From the NCBI GenBank assembly GCA_963777085.1, contig CAVZPI010000010.1:10065-74064 (forward strand): a stretch of 64,000 bases of DNA. Direction: 5' to 3'. Positions within the stretch are counted from its first letter, which is position 1. Each line of letters starts with the position of its first letter. Source of the DNA: an uncultured Actinomycetes bacterium (GTDB taxonomy: Bacteria > Actinomycetota > Actinomycetes > S36-B12). Positions 16,181 to 26,557 of this stretch are shown in pieces. Position numbers and translations under genes: made by a program. The notes below the pieces were generated by a model. The model did not search any database. It was not told where the DNA came from and worked only from the letters and a program-made list of their open reading frames with translations.

Positions 16181-18886
16181 CTAGGACGCGACCTCGTAGC
16201 GGACGATGACGATCCCGTTGCCCCCGCGGTTGGCGATCGGGCCGCCGCCACCCGTCCCGCGTCCGTCCACTCCCGGGCCGCTGGTCGGCGTCCCCTTGCC
16301 GCCGTAGGTCACCGCCGCCCCCGTGATGGCGGACGTCTTCGCCGGCCATGCCTCGGCAGGCGTGGGCGAACCGGCCGGACCGGGCGGCGCGGCACCGACG
16401 CCTGCGAGCGACGACGGTCCGCCGACGGATCCAGGAGCCCCACCGGCGCCGACGGTCACGGCCCATTGGCCGGGGAGCAGTCGGGCGCGACCCGCAGCGA
16501 GGATCCCCCCGCCGCCTCCCGGACTCAGGACCCCGTCAGCGGAGACGACACTGCCTCCTGCGCCGCTGACCACCAGCACGTCGAAGGCGCGTTCGCCCGA
16601 CGTCACGACGAAGGCCGAACCCGCGGTGAACGTGTGCACGCGGAACGTCCGTCCGCCCACCGAGTACGTGGTCACGACGCCGCCGGTGGCCGCGTTGTAG
16701 GGGTGCGGCGTCACGGTGACCGGCCGGGATGCAGGACCGGCCAGCATCGCGTTGGCGGCGGCCACGGTGAACGAGTACTGGACGGCGTTGGTGAGGCCGG
16801 TGATGGTGCAGGTCAGCCTCCTGGTGACGCAGGAGCCCGCCGGGGCGCCGGTCACCGTGTAGGCGGCGATCGGCGAGGCCTTCCCGGCCGGGGACGCGTG
16901 CCACGTGAGGGTCGCGGAGCCGTCGCCAGGACGCGCCTTCACTCCAGTGGGGGCCGGCGGGGTCTCGCCGACGACCACGGCCGGGAGAGTGGGGGCGCCC
17001 GTCCGGTCAGCGCCCGACGGTCCGGCCCCGGCGACGTTCACCGCCATGACGCGGAAGTCGTAGGACTCGCCGGTCACCAGGCGGGGCACGGTGACGGCCG
17101 AGCGCCGGACGGGCACTAGCCCGGCGCTTCGCCAACCGGGTGCCGACGTCGGCCGGTACTGGACGCGGTAGCCGGTCAGGGGCCGTCCGCCATCGTCGGC
17201 CGGCGGCTGCCAGGACAGGGCGACCGAGGTGAGGGCGGCCACTGCGGCGGGCTCCCGCACGGGTCCGGGGTGGGTGAAGGGGCTGCCGATGACGTGCGTC
17301 GACCACTCGCCCGATCCCATGAGGTTGACCGCAGCGACCCGGAATGAATACCGGGTGCCGTTGTCCAGGCCGGTCACGACCCGGTTGAGGTCGGCGGACG
17401 GAGGATGGTCGAACGTCGTCCACCTCCCGCCCTTCCGGATGTACTGGACGGCGTAGTCGGTCACCAGCGCGCCGCCGTCGAAGGTCGGCGCTGACCACGA
17501 CAACGTCACCGTCGCGTCTGCGTCCGCCGCGAGCACTGAGCCGGCGGGATCGGGGACTGTTGCGGGCGTCACCGACACGGGCGATGGGGACGGATCCGAG
17601 ACGCCGACGCCGTTGACGGCCACCACCTGGAAGTCGTACCCGGTGCCGTTGCGCAGGCCACTGACCGTCTGGGCCGTGACGGTGGACGCCGTGTGGTCGA
17701 ACTCGGCCCACTCCTGGGTGCCGGACGGCCGGTACTGGACGCGGTAGTCGACGATCGCAGTGTTGCCGTCGAGGAGCGGCGAAGTCCAGGTGAGCAGGAC
17801 CACTCCGTCGGCCGGGCTGGCTTCCAGTGCGACGGGCGGACCCGGGACGGAGAAGACGGCGACGGGCTCGCTCGAGGTCGAGCTCGGGGCACCCGGACCG
17901 GCATCGTTGACGGCGCGGACGGTGAACGTGTACGCCCGCGCCGCGGGGAGATCGGCGATCTGGCAGCTGGTCTGCGGGGGCGTGGCGACGCATGTGCCCG
18001 CCGGGTACCCGTCGACGATGTAGGAGGTCACGGGCCGGCCGCCGTCCTCGGCGCTGGGCGTCCAGCTGACGATCGTGATGAGCCCCCCGGTCGCATGCAC
18101 GCTCGTGGGTGGGGCGGGCCGCGTGAAGGGGGAGGCGCTGGCCGAGGCGGTGGGGGACTCGCCCGCCAGGTTGGCGGCCGCGACCCGGAACAGGTATGGG
18201 CGGCCGTTGAGCAGGGCGTGGACGGTGGCCTGCGTCTCGGCGGAGACGCCGTCGTCGAAGAAGGTCCAGTGGACTCCGCCGTCCGAGGAGTACGACACGG
18301 CGTAGTCCTCGACGGGCACCGGCGTGTGCTGCCATTGCAGGACGACGGACGCGTCGCGCGGGGTCGCGCGCAGGCCGAGGGGCATGGGCGGCGGCTCGGC
18401 GTCGCCGCAGGTGAACGACCCTGACGGGCTCCCGCCGGCCTCGGACATGCGAAGGGTGACGCCGGAGCACAGGGCCCCCGATTGCGTCAGGACCGTCAGG
18501 GCGCCGCCTTCGGTGAGGCGGATCCGGGTCGCGTCCGGAGGCAGGTCGGGTCCGTAGGCGAGCTGCCCGATCGCGACCTGCCCCGGACCCGGCTGCCCCG
18601 CGACCGCGTCGACGGAGACCGGGGTCGAGTCGTCGTTCGCACTCGCCGACGCGATCGTCGCGGCGACGGCGTCTGCCGTCGACCGCGCTGCGGAGTGCCA
18701 CGCGTAGTCGGCGTACAGGACGCGGATGGCGAGAACCGCTGCCGTGGCGAGCGCCGCGACGATCACCAGCCCGAAGGCGAGGGTGAGCGGGTGCGATCGG
18801 GCGCGCGCGCGCCGGGTGCGCCGGGCATGCGGAGTCCGGGATCCCTGGTGCTTGTGGTCTGGCACGCACACCTCCGCTTCGGCCAC
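16181..18886 (-). CDS. Membrane-anchored surface protein with about 7 fibronectin type III repeats and a glycine-rich C-terminal domain
   Basis: 901 aa. It has an N-terminal TM helix, reiterated W..P..DGG.P.T.Y.V units, and a GGGGG...GGNGIVIVRYEV terminus. Confidence 0.8.
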   Translation of the reverse strand: MAEAEVCVPDHKHQGSRTPHARRTRRARARSHPLTLAFGLVIVAALATAAVLAIRVLYADYAWHSAARSTADAVAATIASASANDDSTPVSVDAVAGQPGPGQVAIGQLAYGPDLPPDATRIRLTEGGALTVLTQSGALCSGVTLRMSEAGGSPSGSFTCGDAEPPPMPLGLRATPRDASVVLQWQHTPVPVEDYAVSYSSDGGVHWTFFDDGVSAETQATVHALLNGRPYLFRVAAANLAGESPTASASASPFTRPAPPTSVHATGGLITIVSWTPSAEDGGRPVTSYIVDGYPAGTCVATPPQTSCQIADLPAARAYTFTVRAVNDAGPGAPSSTSSEPVAVFSVPGPPVALEASPADGVVLLTWTSPLLDGNTAIVDYRVQYRPSGTQEWAEFDHTASTVTAQTVSGLRNGTGYDFQVVAVNGVGVSDPSPSPVSVTPATVPDPAGSVLAADADATVTLSWSAPTFDGGALVTDYAVQYIRKGGRWTTFDHPPSADLNRVVTGLDNGTRYSFRVAAVNLMGSGEWSTHVIGSPFTHPGPVREPAAVAALTSVALSWQPPADDGGRPLTGYRVQYRPTSAPGWRSAGLVPVRRSAVTVPRLVTGESYDFRVMAVNVAGAGPSGADRTGAPTLPAVVVGETPPAPTGVKARPGDGSATLTWHASPAGKASPIAAYTVTGAPAGSCVTRRLTCTITGLTNAVQYSFTVAAANAMLAGPASRPVTVTPHPYNAATGGVVTTYSVGGRTFRVHTFTAGSAFVVTSGERAFDVLVVSGAGGSVVSADGVLSPGGGGGILAAGRARLLPGQWAVTVGAGGAPGSVGGPSSLAGVGAAPPGPAGSPTPAEAWPAKTSAITGAAVTYGGKGTPTSGPGVDGRGTGGGGPIANRGGNGIVIVRYEVAS

Positions 18887-18994
18887 GTCGCGGCTGGCGT
18901 CCTGACAGCACGACGATAGAGCAGCCGCCCGGCTTCACGGACGAGTCGAGCGCGTCAGCGTTCGCGCCGCCGCTGCGGATGGCGGGTCGCGAGC

Positions 18995-20719
18995 CTACGA
19001 GCCGGGAGGGCTGAGCAGCTGGTCGCGCACCTGCCGGTGCAGCACCTTGCCGATGAGCGAGCGCGGCAGTTCGTCGACGATGACGACCTGGCGGGGCACC
19101 TTGTAGTCGGCGAGGTGCTCGCGGCTCGCGTGGCGCACGGCTCCGGGTCGAGCTCGGCACCCCGGGCTCGACCACGATCACGGCCACGACCTCGCTCGCC
19201 GCCGCCCTCGAGCGGGCAGCCCGACGACGGCGGCGTCGACCACGCCGGGCTCGACCTTGCGCAGGGCGGCCTCGACCTCGGACGGGTAGACGTTGAACCC
19301 GCCGGTGATGATGAGCTCCTTGATCCGGTCGACGACCGTGACGAAGCCGTCGTCGTCCACGCGACGATGTCGCCGGTGCGCAGCCAGCCGTCCGGCGAGC
19401 AGCACGCGCTCGGTCTCCTCGGGCTGCTGCCAGTAGCCGGAGAACACCTGCGGCCCGCGGACGAGCAGCTCGCCCCGCTCCCCGCTCGGCTCGGTCGACG
19501 CCCGGGTCCTCGGGGTCGACGACGCGCATCTCGGTCGACGGGAACGGCACGCCGATCGTGCCCGGCCGCCGGGTCGGCGGACGACGGGTTGCCGATCGTG
19601 ATCGGCGAGGTCTCGGTCATGCCGTACCCCTCGACGAGCAGGCCGCCGGAGACCTCCTCCCACGGCTCGACCGTCTCGACCGGCAGCGCCATCGCCCCGG
19701 AGATCCCGACCCGCACGGACGCATGTCGACACCGCGCTGTCGCGGGCGGCGATCGCGAGCGTCTGGTAGATCGGAGGCACTGCCGGCAGGAACGTGGCGG
19801 GCCGGCGCTCCATCGCCTCGAGCATCTGGTCGACGTCGAAGCGCGGGAACAGCACGAGCGTCGCGCCGATGCTCACCGCGAAGGTCAGGCACAGGGTGAG
19901 CCCGTAGGCGTGGAACATCGGCAGGACGGCGTAGATGATCTCGTGGCCGTCGATGAGGCCGGGCACCCAGGCACGGCCCTGGCGCGGCGTTGGCGAGCAG
20001 GTTCCGGTGGGTGAGGATGGCGCCCTTCGGGGTGCCGGTCGTGCCGCCGGTGTACTGCAGGGCGGCGACGTCGTCGGCCGCCGGGCGGGCGTGGTCCGCG
20101 GCGAGGGGCGCCGACCGCTGTACGGCTGCGTCCCAGGACGTGGCCCCCGGGACCCGCTGCGGTCATGGCGGATCGCGTCGCCCGTGCGGACGGGCCAGGG
20201 GCAGGCGCAGCAGCGAGCCGCTTGAGGCCGCGGCAGCGCCCTGGTCAGGTCGACGGCGACGATCGTCTCGACGAGCGGTCCGGGTCGGCAGCGGACGTCA
20301 CGGCGGGCACCACCTTGTCCCACACGATGGCGACCGTGGCCCCGTGGTCGACGAGCTGGACCTGCAGCTCGTCGGCGGTGTAGAGCGGGTTGTGCTCGAC
20401 GACGACCGCCCCGAGGCGCAGGACGGCGTAGAACGCGACGACGTGCTGCGGGCAGTTGGGCAGGACGAGCGCGACCCGGTCGCCGGCCTCGACGCCGAGC
20501 GAGCGCGAGCGCCTGAGCCGCCGGGCCACCTGGTCGCCCAGCTCGCCGTACGTCGTGGTGGCCGCCGTAGAAGTCGAGCGCGACGTGGTCGCCGAAGCGA
20601 GCGACGGCATCGTCGAGCAGGTCGCACAGCGTCTCGTCGGTCTCCTCGATGTCCGCCGGCACCCCCGGCGCGTACTGGGAGAGCCACGGACGCAAACTCA
20701 GGTCTGGCACGGACGACAT
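18995..20719 (-). pseudogene. fadD: Long-chain acyl-CoA synthetase (FadD-like), at least 6 frameshifts
   Basis: Recognisable segments ([105 protein letters not shown]) are scattered over all three minus frames. Confidence 0.8.
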
Positions 20720-20756
20720 CCTCTCGTTCGATCGGGCCGCGTGCCTGGAGGTTACG

Positions 20757-22001
20757 TCAGTGCCAGCAGCCGGTGATCGTCGCCGCCAGGCCATCGACTG
20801 CCTGACGGGTGGACAGGGCCGAGAACCGGAGGGGACGCTTGTTGACGATGATCGAGAAGATACGCGTTCCGCCGAAGACGGTCCGGGCGACACCCGACAG
20901 CGCGATGGTGCTCAGGATGGTCCCGGTCTTGGCCTGGACGTCGCCCGCGGCGCACCGCGACGGGCCCGAGCCGTACCGCCCGTAGCTCGTTGCGAGGGTC
21001 CCGGTCCGGCCGGCGGTCGGCATCGCCGGTCGCCTGAAGATCGCCTCGAAGCGGTGGGACTGCGTGACCCGGACGACGCGGAGGACGTCGACGAGGAACC
21101 GTGGGGTGACCCGGTCGTCCCGTGACAGCCCGCTGCCGTCGATCAGGACCATGCCGGCCGGGTTCACGCCCAGGGCCCGGAGCGACCCCATCGCCGCTCG
21201 CCGCGAGCCCTCCCACGTCGGCGGGTGACCGGAGGCGATGGCCACCTGGCGGAACAGCACCTCGGCGATGCCGCTCTCGGACTCGCGCAGCATGTACGCC
21301 ACGGCCTCGGCGACCGTGTGGCCGCGAGAGCGGGCCAGGACGCCGGCGTCGGCAGCGGCATCGCGGTTCGCGCCCACGCGTACGCCGAACCCCAGTGAGC
21401 GCAGTCTCGCGGCGAACACGTTCGCCGCGTTGCGGCTCGGGTGCGTGCTGCGATCGCCGCGGATCGCAAGGGCCTGGGTGAGGCCGACTGAGTTGCCCAG
21501 GTATCCGCTCACCCAGCCCTGGGCGCGGCTCGTCCTGGGGAACAGGCTCCCGTCGACGTGCACGACGAGCCCGGCTCCGTGCCGCAGCCTGGTGGCGGTG
21601 CGGACGGCCAGCGCCCGGAGGTCGCGACGGGTCAGGAGAGCGTCGCCGGCGCCCTGGAGGATCACGTCGGTCGGGGTGGCACCCTGGAGGACCTGCGTGG
21701 CGAAGCGCTTGCTCGGCCCCATCGTGGCGATGGCGTTCGTCGCCGTCACGATCTTCATGTTCGAGGCCGCCTGCATGGGCCGATCGGGCGCGTGCGAGGA
21801 GAGCACTGCGCCAGTGGCGGCGTCGATGACGATCATGGCGACGTCGTGACCGAGTCGGGCATCGTGCGCCCGCTGCTGGAGGAGCGCGTCGACACGCGTG
21901 TGCTTGGCCGGTTCCGTGGGCGATGCCGCCGCTACGAGGCTGATGACGGTGAGCGCGCCGATCGCGATCCGCCCCGCTGTTGCCGCAATCCGCATGTCCA
22001 T
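20757..22001 (-). CDS. dacB: D-alanyl-D-alanine carboxypeptidase/endopeptidase (PBP4, S13 family)
   Basis: 414 aa with a signal peptide, an ASNMK (SxxK) motif and a KTGT-like AKTGT motif. The start overlaps the otsB stop by 1 nt (TGATG). Confidence 0.85.
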   Translation of the reverse strand: MDMRIAATAGRIAIGALTVISLVAAASPTEPAKHTRVDALLQQRAHDARLGHDVAMIVIDAATGAVLSSHAPDRPMQAASNMKIVTATNAIATMGPSKRFATQVLQGATPTDVILQGAGDALLTRRDLRALAVRTATRLRHGAGLVVHVDGSLFPRTSRAQGWVSGYLGNSVGLTQALAIRGDRSTHPSRNAANVFAARLRSLGFGVRVGANRDAAADAGVLARSRGHTVAEAVAYMLRESESGIAEVLFRQVAIASGHPPTWEGSRRAAMGSLRALGVNPAGMVLIDGSGLSRDDRVTPRFLVDVLRVVRVTQSHRFEAIFRRPAMPTAGRTGTLATSYGRYGSGPSRCAAGDVQAKTGTILSTIALSGVARTVFGGTRIFSIIVNKRPLRFSALSTRQAVDGLAATITGCWH

Positions 22002-22834
22002 CAGCGCCTTTCGACGGTGGCTGCACGGGCTGGTGGTGCCAGCAGTCCCGCGACTGCCTCGGGCCGGCCGCGCCGGAGTGTCGCGAGTCGCACCAGCAGG
22101 TCGACGACGGACGCAGGATCTGGCAATCGCCAGGAGGCGTGCGTGCGGCCCGCACCGACCTTGATGCCGAGGTCCCCGTCATGAAGCACGGCGAAGGCGG
22201 CCTCGTCGGTCGCGTCGTCCCCGACGAAGACCGTACCGGTCGCGGACCATCTCGATCGAAGGACGTCGACCGCATCGCCCTTGCCGCCGGACATGACGGC
22301 GAGCTCGACGACCTCCTTGCCCTCGATCACGTGCACGCCGGGAAGGCGTCCGGGTCCGTCGAGCACGGCCTTCAGCACCTGCTGCGCAACCTCGCGCGTT
22401 GCGCGCCGCACGTGCACGGCCACGCTTGCCGGCTTCGCCTCCACCAGCACGCCCGGCCGGCCGTCCGCCAGGTCGTGGCAGTGCGCGACGACCTGCTCGA
22501 GGAGGCTGCTCTCCTTGGCCCCGAAGGCCAGGATGCTGCCGATCTCGAACTCCTTGCCGTGACTGCCGACCAGGTGCACCCGCTCGGTGACGTCGGCCAT
22601 CCGGGTCAGGTCGACCAGTGCCCGACCCGAGACGATGGCAGCCCACGTGTCCGGAAGTGCCGAGAGGGCGTCGAGCGCGCAGACCGCACCCTCGACGGGG
22701 TACGCGGCCGACGGCACGTCGGCCAGCGCCGAGATGGTCCCGTCGAAGTCGCAGCACACGAGCAGCCGCGCGGTGAGTGCCAGCTCTTGCAGCACCACAT
22801 CTGGGGGCGGCCCGCTGGGCGGGGAATCCGTCAC
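22001..22834 (-). CDS. otsB: Trehalose-6-phosphate phosphatase
   Basis: 277 aa with a CDFDGTI HAD motif I and a FVGDDATDE motif. 4-nt overlap with otsA. Confidence 0.85.
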   Translation of the reverse strand: MTDSPPSGPPPDVVLQELALTARLLVCCDFDGTISALADVPSAAYPVEGAVCALDALSALPDTWAAIVSGRALVDLTRMADVTERVHLVGSHGKEFEIGSILAFGAKESSLLEQVVAHCHDLADGRPGVLVEAKPASVAVHVRRATREVAQQVLKAVLDGPGRLPGVHVIEGKEVVELAVMSGGKGDAVDVLRSRWSATGTVFVGDDATDEAAFAVLHDGDLGIKVGAGRTHASWRLPDPASVVDLLVRLATLRRGRPEAVAGLLAPPARAATVERR

Positions 22835-24276
22835 GGGACCGTCCCCTCGAGGGTGGCCAGGAAGGTCCGTGCCCAGCGATCGACGTCATTCTCGAAGACG
22901 TTGGCCCGCAGGGCCTTCATCCGGCGCTGGAGCTCCTCCGCAGACGCGTGGGCGGCGGCGGCCATCGTGCGCTTGAGTTCCTCGATGTCGTACGGATTCA
23001 CGATGAAGGCATCCTCGAGCTGGATGGCTGATCCGGTGAACTCGCTGAGCACGACGGCGCCCGTGTCGTCCGTGCGGCAGGCGATGTACTCCTTCGCGAC
23101 GAGGTTCATGCCATCGCGCAGCGGCGTTACGAGGAGGACGTCGGCCGCGACGTACATGGCGACGAGCTCCTCGCGCGGCACCGGCTGATGGAGGTAGTGG
23201 ATGGCCGGGTCGCCGACCCGGCCCAGATCCCCGTTGACGCGCCCGACCAGCAGCTCGATCTCGTCGCGGATGCGCTGGTATTCGCCGAGGTTCTCGCGGC
23301 TCGGGATGGCGACCTGGAGCATGGTCACGTCGGAGAGGCCCAGCAGGCCCTCGACGATGGCCTCCGAGAAGGCCCTCAGTCGGACGTCGATGCCCTTGGT
23401 GTAGTCGAGGCGATCGACGCCCAGGAAGAGCAGTGCGAAGCCGCCCATCTCCTCGCGGATCTGCCTGGCACGCGCCTGCACGTCGGGCGTCCGGGCCATG
23501 GTGTCGAAGGACTCCGCGTCGATCCCGATGGGGAAGGCGTCGACCCGCACGGTGCGATAGCCGGCCTCGTACGGCACGTCGACCCGATCGCCGCCCGGTT
23601 GCAGCGCGAGCAGCCGTCGCGTGGCAGCGAGGAAGTTCAGGGCGCCGTCGGGGGTCTGGAACCCGATGAGGTCGGCCCCGAGCAGGCCCTCGAGGATCTG
23701 GCGCCGCCAGGGCAGCTGGGCGAACAGCTCGACGGGAGGGAAGGGGATGTGCAGGAAGAACCCGATCCGCAGGTCGGGTCGCATCTCGCGCAGCATCCTC
23801 GGCACGAGCTGCAGCTGGTAGTCATGCACCCAGACGGTGCCGCCCACGGGCGCGTTCTTCGCCACCATGTCGGCGAAGTCCTGGTTGACGGAGTGGTAGG
23901 CCTCGAAGCCCGGGCGGTGGTACGCCGGCGTCGCGACGGCATCGTGATACAGCGGCCAGAGGGCGCCGTTCGAGAAGCCCTCGTAGTAGAGCTCCACCTG
24001 CTCGGCAGTGAGGGGGACGCCCACGATGCCGAGCCCATCGATGTCGTCAGGCAGCTCCGGGACGGGCTCGTCCGAACTGCCCAGATGCCCGTTCCAGCCG
24101 ATCCAGATCGCGTCGCGTCCGCGCAGGGCGGGCTCCAGGGCGCTGACCAGCCCGCCCGGCGACCGGCTCCAGCCCCCTTCCGGGGAGTCGGGCGTGTACT
24201 CGACGGGCAGCCTGTTGGCAACGACGACCAGCGCCGCATGATCGGTGGCGGTCTGACCGCTTTCGGAGATGGTCAT
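22831..24276 (-). CDS. otsA: Alpha,alpha-trehalose-phosphate synthase
   Basis: GT20 hallmarks are present (VVVANRLP, IWVHDYQLQLVP, FFLHIPFP, LGVDRLDYTKGI, VTPLRDGMNLVAKE). An ATG at 24276 was chosen inside ORF 22831..24378. Confidence 0.9.
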   Translation of the reverse strand: MTISESGQTATDHAALVVVANRLPVEYTPDSPEGGWSRSPGGLVSALEPALRGRDAIWIGWNGHLGSSDEPVPELPDDIDGLGIVGVPLTAEQVELYYEGFSNGALWPLYHDAVATPAYHRPGFEAYHSVNQDFADMVAKNAPVGGTVWVHDYQLQLVPRMLREMRPDLRIGFFLHIPFPPVELFAQLPWRRQILEGLLGADLIGFQTPDGALNFLAATRRLLALQPGGDRVDVPYEAGYRTVRVDAFPIGIDAESFDTMARTPDVQARARQIREEMGGFALLFLGVDRLDYTKGIDVRLRAFSEAIVEGLLGLSDVTMLQVAIPSRENLGEYQRIRDEIELLVGRVNGDLGRVGDPAIHYLHQPVPREELVAMYVAADVLLVTPLRDGMNLVAKEYIACRTDDTGAVVLSEFTGSAIQLEDAFIVNPYDIEELKRTMAAAAHASAEELQRRMKALRANVFENDVDRWARTFLATLEGTVP

Positions 24277-24364
24277 GTCGGGTGGACGGCGCCCTTGACC
24301 TTGTCCACGAGGTCCTCGGTCCGGTCTGCATCGATGTCCATGCTCGTTCCCTTCTGCCGGGTGT

Positions 24365-24739
24365 TCACCTGCGTGCAAGGCGGCGGCCGCTCTCGCTGGC
24401 GATCGGGGTGTAGTTCATCTCGAAGTGGTGATAGAGCGCGGACTCGTCGGCCTGCGACATCTCCTGGCCGTGCAGGTCCAGGTCGGGCGCCGAGCGCACC
24501 CGCTCCTTGGCCACCGTGACCCGTAGCTCGTCGGGCCCGACCTCGACGCCCGACAGGGGCACGAAGGTGAGATGACGGTCGAGGAAGCCCTCCTTGACCG
24601 TGCCGAACTGCGGCTCATCCGTCTCGACGTCGACGTAGACGTCCTGCAGCTTGCCGATGCGCTCGCCGTCGCGATCGACGAGGACCTTGCCCAGCCAGTC
24701 GGTGGCAGTCCAGGTCGCCGGGGAGTCGGGTGTGGTCAT
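24365..24739 (-). CDS. PRC-barrel domain protein
   Basis: 124 aa with WLGKVLVDRDGERIGKLQDVYVD...FVPL. Confidence 0.7.
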   Translation of the reverse strand: MTTPDSPATWTATDWLGKVLVDRDGERIGKLQDVYVDVETDEPQFGTVKEGFLDRHLTFVPLSGVEVGPDELRVTVAKERVRSAPDLDLHGQEMSQADESALYHHFEMNYTPIASESGRRLARR

Positions 24740-24760
24740 GGGGTTCTCCTCTTCAGGGGT

Positions 24761-25708
24761 CTAGCGCGTGACGAGCAGGGTGCGGCTGGCGGAGGACAGG
24801 TATCCCGCGCCTGCCTGGGATGCCGTCAGGAGCATCCGGATGCGGCTCGTGCCGCTGGGCAGCCGGACGGCAAAGCGGGCTGTGGATGAAGCCCCCAGCT
24901 CGACTCGCTTGACCGTGGTCCATCCGCCGATGGCGTTCCTGCGCTGCACGAGCGCGAACTTGCCGGCATAGGAGAGGCTCGAGATCACGCTGGTCCTCAG
25001 GTAGGCGCGCACGCCCCTGACGTAGCGCAGCACCAGCCGCACCTGTGGGCGAACCTCGACGGCGGTCACGGCACTGACGACCCGTACGGCGCCGTCCGAG
25101 AACTCGGCCCGGTAGCCGGTCCGGATCTCAGGGTTGACTGCCAGGCTGTAGGCGCCGCCGTTCGTGGTCACCACGGAGGCCACCTTGGCGTACACCGTGT
25201 CGCCCGCGGCCATCGCCAGGATGTCGACGACGGTGCCGGCTGCGCTCGGGATGACCTTGCCCGTGAGCGTCGCGTCCGTGCCGTACTTCACGCTGGGGCT
25301 CGACGCGGCCAGGGAGACCGAGGCGACGACAACGGGGTCGACGGTGACCGTTCCCTGGAACGTCCTGTCCTTCTGGTTCGGGTCCGAGAAGGCGTACCTG
25401 CCCGCCAGCGTCCACGTGCAGGCCTGCGACTTCGTGGGCTGAACGACCAGGGGGGCCGCCGTGCAGGTGAATCCGGCGGTCGCCCTGAACAGGACCTCAT
25501 GCGCCGCGGCATCGGCATTCGTGAACGTGACGGTGTCGCCCGTCTTGATCGTGAGGTTCATCGGCACGAAGCCCGCGCTGGTGATGGTGATCGTCTGGGT
25601 CGCCGCGTTCGCCGGGGCGGCGGCCAGATTGGGTGCCGCGACGGCGGTCATCGACACGCAGACGAGGATTGCCGCCTTGCGAATCCAACGGTTCTTCTGA
25701 GCAGTCAT
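24761..25708 (-). CDS. Secreted cupredoxin-like domain protein
   Basis: It has a signal peptide and then ITITSAGFVPMNLTIKTGDTVTFTNADAAAHEV (cupredoxin/plastocyanin-like), followed by a beta-rich C-terminal region. Confidence 0.65.
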   Translation of the reverse strand: MTAQKNRWIRKAAILVCVSMTAVAAPNLAAAPANAATQTITITSAGFVPMNLTIKTGDTVTFTNADAAAHEVLFRATAGFTCTAAPLVVQPTKSQACTWTLAGRYAFSDPNQKDRTFQGTVTVDPVVVASVSLAASSPSVKYGTDATLTGKVIPSAAGTVVDILAMAAGDTVYAKVASVVTTNGGAYSLAVNPEIRTGYRAEFSDGAVRVVSAVTAVEVRPQVRLVLRYVRGVRAYLRTSVISSLSYAGKFALVQRRNAIGGWTTVKRVELGASSTARFAVRLPSGTSRIRMLLTASQAGAGYLSSASRTLLVTR

Positions 25709-25726
25709 GGCGCTCTTTCATCACAC

Positions 25727-25817
25727 GTAGGTGTACATAGTAGGTCTACGTCGTAGTTACACCATACGCGCAAAGTCAGACGCATGTCAACGACGTAGGA
25801 CTACACTGAAGGTCTAC
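25727..25817. promoter_or_regulatory. Array of five GTAGGNCTAC-like 10-mers in a divergent promoter region (candidate TetR operators)
   Basis: GTAGGTGTAC (25727), GTAGGTCTAC (25740), GTAGTTACAC (25753), GTAGGACTAC (25795) and GAAGGTCTAC (25808). The first three are spaced 13 bp apart. This is the AT-richest patch of the window. Confidence 0.45.
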
Positions 25818-25870
25818 AATGAATGCGAGCACCCGGTCGTGGGTGCTCACGTGGAGGAAGGTGGCCGGCC

Positions 25871-26557
25871 GTGCCCCGCAAGCCGACCAGTGAGGTCCAG
25901 TCGCCCGCGACGCTGACCCGCGAGATCGTGCTGCGTGCCGCCCTGGAGATCATCGATCGGGATGGCGCCGAGGGCCTGACCATGCGTCACCTCGGCCAGG
26001 CGCTGGGGCGCGACCCCATGGCCCTGTACCGGTACGCCGCCAACAAGAACGCGTTGCTCGACGGCGTCGTCGAACTCGTGATGGGACAGGCGCGGCTCGA
26101 CCCGACCGATGAGGACTGGGCGGGCCAGCTGCGCACGTTCGCCCGAGCCTTCCGCGGCATCGCCATCGCGCACCCCCACGTGGTTCCCCTGCTCGTCACC
26201 CGACCCCTGGCGACGCCGCTCGCACTGCGGCCCCTCGGAACGCTGCGTCCGCTCGAGGACACCCTGGCCCTGCTGACCCGCGCCGGATTCACCGACGTCG
26301 AGGCCCTGCACGTCTATCGGTCCTTCCAGGGCCTGCTCTACGGGCACGTCCTCAACGAGCTCCAGGAGATCGTCGACAACCCGGAGGAGACCGACGACCT
26401 GCTCCGCCTGGGCCTGCACCGACTGCCGGTCAAGGAGTTCCCGTTGCTACGCGGCCTGGCGCCGGCACTTGCCACCTACGACGGCGCGGCCGAGCTGGAG
26501 CGCGGACTGGACATCCTCATCGACGGCCTGCGGAGCAAGGACCCGACGCCGGTGTGA
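25871..26557 (+). CDS. TetR/AcrR family transcriptional regulator
   Basis: It has an N-terminal HTH (LRAALEIIDRDGAEGLTMRHLGQALGRDPMALYRY). A GTG at 25871 was chosen within ORF 25823..26557. Confidence 0.85.
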   Translation: MPRKPTSEVQSPATLTREIVLRAALEIIDRDGAEGLTMRHLGQALGRDPMALYRYAANKNALLDGVVELVMGQARLDPTDEDWAGQLRTFARAFRGIAIAHPHVVPLLVTRPLATPLALRPLGTLRPLEDTLALLTRAGFTDVEALHVYRSFQGLLYGHVLNELQEIVDNPEETDDLLRLGLHRLPVKEFPLLRGLAPALATYDGAAELERGLDILIDGLRSKDPTPV

